Assembly: GCA_965200875.1 (NCBI GenBank)
Contig: OZ241456.1
Location: 1,632,001 to 1,696,000 of the forward strand
Direction: 5' to 3'
From: Bdellovibrionales bacterium
Lineage (GTDB): Bacteria; Bdellovibrionota; Bdellovibrionia; Bdellovibrionales; UBA1609
DNA length: 64,000 bases
Shown: in pieces, positions 59,005 through 64,000 of the stretch
Layout of the letters: every line of letters begins with the position of its first letter
How positions within the stretch are numbered: position 1 is the first letter of the stretch
The notes under the pieces: generated by a model
Databases searched by the model: none
Seen by the model: the letters and a program-made list of their open reading frames with translations, nothing else
What the model was told of the DNA's origin: nothing
Position numbers and translations under genes: made by a program

Positions 59005-60077
59005 TATTTAAATTTATCTCCAAAAAATGTGTTATTAGGAACAGGTGTTTTACTACTTTTAACAGAAGACAGGCCACCTGTTGAAGAAACATAAAGTTTT
59101 TTTCTATTTTGATGAATAGATCTTCGCTCTTCTTCCCACTCAGAAATTACAGGTCTTACGATTTGCTCTCCAAACATATCCTCAAGCCTTTTATGTAATT
59201 CAGATATATTTTCATTTTTCAAAGCTTCCAGTTGCTCACTCAGGTTTTCTATCCATCTCAAAAACCTTTTGTATAGGAAAGAATTTTCTTCCCATTTTTC
59301 GCTTAACAATTCTTCGGAATTGACTGGATTATATACATTTTTCATCTTATTTGTTTTTATAGCATCCACCACATTAATCATACTATCGAAAATACTTTCC
59401 GCTTTTTTATAATACATACCACACAATGTAGTTAAGATAATGCTTGGTGGAGATTGATCAGGGTGGGCTTTAAAGAAAATATCACGATGCCTTTTCATTA
59501 ATTGAACAATACACTGAAGGTTGTTTTTTTGAGAAGCTTGTTGATATTTAGGTAATGCTTCTATTTCTTTATCCACTTGATACTCTGAATCTGAAGAACC
59601 TCGTGTCTTAAACCACAAAGCATAACCCTTTGGATCACTGGGCAATAAGTTCAATAACTTTTTATCTGGTATCAATATTCTAGTAGATGAGGGGTTCTTT
59701 TTATCAGGACAAGCAGGCAAGATGTCAATATGAAAATTCTCTTTATAATTAAGGCGAACACATCTCTTTTTTTCTTCTACAAGGTCGCTATAATGACCAT
59801 TATTTTTTAGAAACTTCTTTATTAAAGTGAATAATTCAAAAGGATTTATAGTTGCTTCACAAACAAAATCGAGATCATATTCATTCTGACTAATTGGCCT
59901 AACCGTAGTTCCGATTGCGACCGAACCTTGAGGATATATTTCTACACCATTGAGTTCTGAACAACTTTCCAAATATTCAGATATATTTTTATAACGTTCT
60001 TTAAGTTTCTTATATAGTGATTCCGAAATGTTTAATTCTTCACATAATTTCATAAAAAAAGTATTAATGTTTAACAT
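59004..60077 (-). CDS. CBASS CD-NTase (cGAS/DncV-like, probably clade G)
   Basis: PQGS...TTVRP...EYDLD, HIDILPA, SDPKGYA.WF, PPSIILTTL, C-terminal NTFFG. Confidence 0.92.
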   Translation of the reverse strand: MLNINTFFMKLCEELNISESLYKKLKERYKNISEYLESCSELNGVEIYPQGSVAIGTTVRPISQNEYDLDFVCEATINPFELFTLIKKFLKNNGHYSDLVEEKKRCVRLNYKENFHIDILPACPDKKNPSSTRILIPDKKLLNLLPSDPKGYALWFKTRGSSDSEYQVDKEIEALPKYQQASQKNNLQCIVQLMKRHRDIFFKAHPDQSPPSIILTTLCGMYYKKAESIFDSMINVVDAIKTNKMKNVYNPVNSEELLSEKWEENSFLYKRFLRWIENLSEQLEALKNENISELHKRLEDMFGEQIVRPVISEWEEERRSIHQNRKKLYVSSTGGLSSVKSSKTPVPNNTFFGDKFK

Positions 60078-60213
60078 ATATTTCCTCCTTATGATTTTCT
60101 TTTTTCATAACTTACCTTTCGTTTTAAAATTAGTTTCTTTGGAATTTTTGAGAAAACTCCAAGTAAAACATGTATCACTTTTTACGCTTGTCAAGTGCAC
60201 TCCAACTTTTTTT

Positions 60214-60378
60214 TTATTTTTCTGGATGTTGGTTTTTCTTTGTATTCTCCCACTTCTGAGCTGATGTTTGATTTGAAAAGCTCTTTTCCACTTTAAAGTT
60301 TCTCATCCCGGAAAATTCATTTTTTAATTCCCTTTCCCGTCTCTTGGGATCACTTGTAATCCCATATCTTTTTTTCAT
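60214..60378 (-). CDS. Unannotated 54-aa ORF, GIY-YIG-like
   Basis: AGGAG RBS 7 nt before the ATG; MKKRYGITSDPKRRERELKNEFSGMRNFKVEKSFSNQTSAQKWENTKKNQHPEK. Confidence 0.6.
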   Translation of the reverse strand: MKKRYGITSDPKRRERELKNEFSGMRNFKVEKSFSNQTSAQKWENTKKNQHPEK

Positions 60379-60547
60379 AGTAAATCTCCTTTTTTTTCAT
60401 TTTAAATTTAAAATCTTTTAGTTAATTTTTAATTAACTAAATAGTAATTCCGTAGTCAACAGAAAAATTATAAAAATGTGAATTTTCTCTTTCCATTCTG
60501 TAAATTTTATGATATATATAAAAATATAGTGTATAACTTGAGGTAAG

Positions 60548-60913
60548 ATGTTGAAATCACTTAAAAAAGATATCATTAAGAAAAGAATCTCCAGCGAGAG
60601 AAAAAAGCAAGGCTTGACACAAGCCCAGCTGGCTGAAAAAACAAAAGTCACCCCTGCTGCTATATGTCAAATCGAAAAGGGAGAACGCATCCCCACAATT
60701 CCTGTCTTGCATCGGATAGCACAGGTATTACAAGTCTCTCTGGATTATTTGGCTGGACAAAAGGATTCTATAGAGTTAAAAGACGCTTTACAGAATCAAG
60801 AATTAAAAACTTTTTTCAGAAAATACCAAAATCTTGATAAGGAAGATAAAAAATTTATTGAAAAATATGTCAAAGCAATGTCAAATCGGAAAGTGAACAA
60901 CAGTGCATCCTGA
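60548..60913 (+). CDS. XRE-family HTH regulator (CapH-like)
   Basis: LTQAQLAEKTKVTPAAICQIEKG; divergent from CBASS. Confidence 0.85.
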   Translation: MLKSLKKDIIKKRISSERKKQGLTQAQLAEKTKVTPAAICQIEKGERIPTIPVLHRIAQVLQVSLDYLAGQKDSIELKDALQNQELKTFFRKYQNLDKEDKKFIEKYVKAMSNRKVNNSAS

Positions 60914-61787
60914 AACAGAAGCTACAAATCTCTTACAAGAACTGGGAATAAATAAACTTCCAATTAATCCGGTAAAAATTATAAAGAAATTAAATATCCA
61001 AATAGCAGAACATAACTTCAACAGCATTGAAGGCTGTTTTATTTTTGATTCTTCCGGGAAAAGCACCTTTATAGGAGTCAATTCCAACATAAAAGAACAA
61101 AGTAGAAAAAACTTTACTTATGCCCACGAGCTTGGACATTATTGTTTACATGCTTTGAATGAAATTTTAACTGGTTGTCAAAAAAATGACATAAATAATG
61201 TTTCAAAAGGATTACATAAGACCGAAGTAGATGCAAACATATTCGCCAGTTATTTGTTACTCCCTGAGTTTTTGATAAAAAACAAAATCCAGAATATTAA
61301 TCAAGTCGATCCAAGCTGGAAATCACTTTCCAAATGGGCAAATTATACGGAAACATCTTTAATAACAATGGCCTGTCGATTTATTGAGTTAACTGATCAT
61401 ATATGTTTATTGGCTGTAATTGATCATAATAAAGTCATTAAGTATTTTAAAAAATCTCGAAACTGGGCTTTATATCTTGATATGGCCAGCCGATTTATAT
61501 CTCCTCAGTCTTACGCATACAAGGCCTTTAGTTCAAAAAGTATCCCTAATAATTTTGAATATGTACCAGCTAATTACTGGATATCAGATAGAAGATTGCC
61601 TTTTGATACTGAAATTTTAGAGTGGTCATTGCCTTTGAACTCATATGGAAATGTGCTAACTCTCCTTTGGGATAATGAGGACATTTTGGACAAATATGAA
61701 TCTGATGAAATTCTTTATAATAATAATGATAAAATAGCAGGTGTATGGAGTCCTCCCACTTTTCATAAGAGCAAAAGAAAATCTTAG
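60903..61787 (+). CDS. ImmA/IrrE-family Zn metallopeptidase (CapP-like)
   Basis: RKNFTYAHELGH, EVDANIFASYLLLP. Confidence 0.87.
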   Translation: MHPETEATNLLQELGINKLPINPVKIIKKLNIQIAEHNFNSIEGCFIFDSSGKSTFIGVNSNIKEQSRKNFTYAHELGHYCLHALNEILTGCQKNDINNVSKGLHKTEVDANIFASYLLLPEFLIKNKIQNINQVDPSWKSLSKWANYTETSLITMACRFIELTDHICLLAVIDHNKVIKYFKKSRNWALYLDMASRFISPQSYAYKAFSSKSIPNNFEYVPANYWISDRRLPFDTEILEWSLPLNSYGNVLTLLWDNEDILDKYESDEILYNNNDKIAGVWSPPTFHKSKRKS

Positions 61788-61867
61788 CTTAAAATAAAAA
61801 ATAATCATTAAAAGTCACTGGGAATTAAGCTGAAGATTAAATATCACAAAAAAATATAAAGAAACGC

Positions 61868-61893
61868 TAATTATAGTATGTAGAATTATAGTA
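61868..61893 (+). promoter_or_regulatory. Tandem C-box operator
   Basis: TAATTATAGTA-TGTA-GAATTATAGTA resembles the PvuII-type GACTnnnAGTC-TGTA-GACTnnnAGTC. Confidence 0.7.
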
Positions 61894-61921
61894 TGCCATG
61901 CTTTACATTTAATTTTACATT

Positions 61922-62140
61922 ATGAGTAAAAGCATTCTAAAGAAATTTGGGAAACGAGTAAAAAAAGAAAGATTGAAACAAAATCTTTCTCAAGAAGAAC
62001 TTGCGGAAAAAGCTGGAGTACATCGCACTTATATTGGAATGATTGAAAGAGCAGAAAAAAATATCACACTTCAGAATATAGAAAAAATTGCCAAGGCTCT
62101 TCATATTTCGCTCGATAAATTAATGGATTTAGAAAAATAA
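61922..62140 (+). CDS. Restriction-modification controller (C) protein
   Basis: LSQEELAEKAGVHRTYIGMIERAEKNITL; directly upstream of the endonuclease. Confidence 0.85.
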   Translation: MSKSILKKFGKRVKKERLKQNLSQEELAEKAGVHRTYIGMIERAEKNITLQNIEKIAKALHISLDKLMDLEK

Positions 62141-62257
62141 AATTGGTTTGATTTTGAATTTTTGCACTTTACAGGCATAAAAATTATTTATTAATGTTGA
62201 ACTAAAAAACCTTGAAGAACTTTTATCTTACTTCATTTAAAACAGGTATAAAATACT

Positions 62258-62854
62258 ATGGGAAAAAAAGAGTTAAAAAAAAGAAAAATGTGGCAAGACA
62301 CCAGCGGGAAAAAAGCTGAAATTACAGAGAACATTTTTTATAATGTATTTTTAAAAGAATTTAAAAACTCAGACCTAAAAATACGCTCGAAACCGAAAGA
62401 ATTAAAAAATATTTATGCCAATATAAAGTTAAAAAAAAGAGTCTTAACAGATATTTATAATCCAAATAAAATATGGACACATGGAATTCTTCCAGATTTT
62501 GCCATAGATAACATTAAAACCAATAAAACATTATATGTAGAAGTTAAAAGACAAGATGGCTGGGTGGAAGATAAGCCACCAAGTGCAGGCAGAGGAAATG
62601 CACACGAAAGATCATGTAAATTTTTTACTCCAGGGTTATTGAAAATATTAAGGCAATATGGAAAAATCAAACCTCCGGCTTTACCATTTTGGATTGTATT
62701 TCAAGGTGATATTGCACGTGATCCAAAGCGTGTAAGAGAAATCACTTATTGGTATGCTGACTATTTTGCCCATTTCTTTATGTGGAGTAACTCAACAAGT
62801 AACCAATTACTAATTGATCACTTTAACAAAAAACTTAAACATCTTTTACTTTAG
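62258..62854 (+). CDS. MunI-family type II restriction endonuclease (predicted CAATTG)
   Basis: PDFAI, EVKRQDGWVE.K.PSAGRGNAHERSCK, RDPKRVREIT as recalled for R.MunI. Confidence 0.88.
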   Translation: MGKKELKKRKMWQDTSGKKAEITENIFYNVFLKEFKNSDLKIRSKPKELKNIYANIKLKKRVLTDIYNPNKIWTHGILPDFAIDNIKTNKTLYVEVKRQDGWVEDKPPSAGRGNAHERSCKFFTPGLLKILRQYGKIKPPALPFWIVFQGDIARDPKRVREITYWYADYFAHFFMWSNSTSNQLLIDHFNKKLKHLLL

Positions 62855-62872
62855 TATAAAAACAAAAGACAT

Positions 62873-63610
62873 TTAAAGATTAGATAAATGTAGTTGATCA
62901 AAACCCACTTGACTATCTGGGTTTGATGGATTTGATATAGGTTGTTTTGTACAAGGTTGCTTTATCACATCCAGACCCCATACTGTCCAACCTCTGATTT
63001 TTTTTCTGGCAAATAGCTCAATACGTTTCTGGCTGGGAAACATCTTTTCTATCCCTCGGATTACTTCTTCTGGTTTTTCACTATGTGCTCTCCTTGGACT
63101 TCGGATCAATTGTTGAATATTTCTAGCTCCTCTTGGTTTTGGAATTCTACCTCGTTTAAACACTAGGCATAACTCACAGTTTGAAAGAGTGTATTGACCA
63201 GGATTGTGATTCATCTTATCCCAAACAAATGCAACAGTTTTATACTCAAACCCCCAAGCTTTTCCTAATTCTATAGCTTGAGCTAAATGGGGATTTGTTG
63301 ACCACATAAATAATAAACAATCCTCTTTTGCTATTTTTGTTACAGGTATTTTTATCAAATCATTAATTTTTAATGTGGGATATTTAAAATCAGATGTGCT
63401 AATAAATATTTTTTTTGATAAATTAATTTTTTCTTTACTTCTGCTGGTTTTATCATATTGCAATTTTCCATTGTAATGCCACGGCGGATCTGCATAAATT
63501 ATGTCAAATTTTTTATTGGGTAGCTTAGGATACAGAGCAGGCAGGGAGCTTTTTACAACCCTCCTCTTAACATCCTTAATATAAATTGAATATCCTGTTT
63601 GCTTATTCAT
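62873..63610 (-). CDS. MT-A70-family adenine methyltransferase (M.MunI-like)
   Basis: IYADPPW, WGFEYKT..FVW.K, HSEKP, RIELFAR. Confidence 0.9.
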   Translation of the reverse strand: MNKQTGYSIYIKDVKRRVVKSSLPALYPKLPNKKFDIIYADPPWHYNGKLQYDKTSRSKEKINLSKKIFISTSDFKYPTLKINDLIKIPVTKIAKEDCLLFMWSTNPHLAQAIELGKAWGFEYKTVAFVWDKMNHNPGQYTLSNCELCLVFKRGRIPKPRGARNIQQLIRSPRRAHSEKPEEVIRGIEKMFPSQKRIELFARKKIRGWTVWGLDVIKQPCTKQPISNPSNPDSQVGFDQLHLSNL

Positions 63611-63813
63611 AGTTGTATTTTTTGTTAACTTTTAAATTAAAATATTATATACTGATATTTTCTGTCAAGTTTTTTTATCTTCTGAGTAGTTGGGTAGGTA
63701 TGTTCAGTCAAGTGAATCGCTTGATACATCTCAAAGATCGGGTTTTGCTTAAAGTTATGAATACCGGCGAGGGAATTCTCGAAAAATATCAACAGAGACT
63801 TTTTCATACTGGA

Positions 63814-64000
63814 CTAGTTTATAAATTGATTAAGCACTGTTAAAATTTCCTGTTTAGGATTTTTTGTGTAATCACTTAACAAAGCACCGGAAGAGTTTTT
63901 ATGTCCGCCACCGTTAAAGACTTCAGCGATTTTGGACACATCCCACTTCTTGCTTCTGAAGCTTAATTTATATTTATTTTGTGATAAATTGACAATTAAA
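63814..64000 (-). CDS. C-terminus of a DHH/DHHA1 phosphoesterase (partial)
   Basis: Manual translation ...KLSFRSKKWDVSKIAEVFNGGGHKNSSGA... Confidence 0.8.
   Translation of the reverse strand, partial: LIVNLSQNKYKLSFRSKKWDVSKIAEVFNGGGHKNSSGALLSDYTKNPKQEILTVLNQFIN

Noticed and set aside
63634..63807. About 57-codon minus-strand ORF with a FENSLAGI segment resembling a HAD motif
   Set aside because: Too short, no RBS, overlaps the likely methyltransferase promoter; at most a remnant

Overview
A low-GC bacterial chromosome segment, most likely from Bdellovibrionota (inferred from a RomR-like regulator beside def-fmt-rpe, CarD, a divergent GshA, Tad/Flp genes and the 16S sequence). Housekeeping genes: secG, tnaA, carD, rplX, rpmB, rpsR, birA, def, fmt, rpe, aspS, lysA, lysC, speA, speB, dksA, tig and gshA. 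RNA genes: a stand-alone 16S rRNA gene with no linked 23S, tRNA-Tyr and tRNA-Thr. Accessory content: three secreted pentapeptide-repeat paralogues (one with a nonsense codon); an intact IS2-group IS3 element; Tad pilus genes separated by large unknown secreted proteins; an AlbA/Schlafen-ATPase plus ParA cassette between 41-bp direct repeats; a non-coding 124-bp tandem array of helically phased TGTCGTCT octamers and IHF-like sites, itself between about 41-bp direct repeats; and an IS1111-type IS110 element with a structured 3' non-coding region. The right end is a defence island: a short type II CBASS (CD-NTase, lone E2, patatin) with an unannotated 54-aa GIY-YIG-like leader ORF, a CapH/CapP-like regulator pair, and a C-protein-controlled MunI-like restriction-modification system. 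All calls come from reading motifs by eye; no searches were run.
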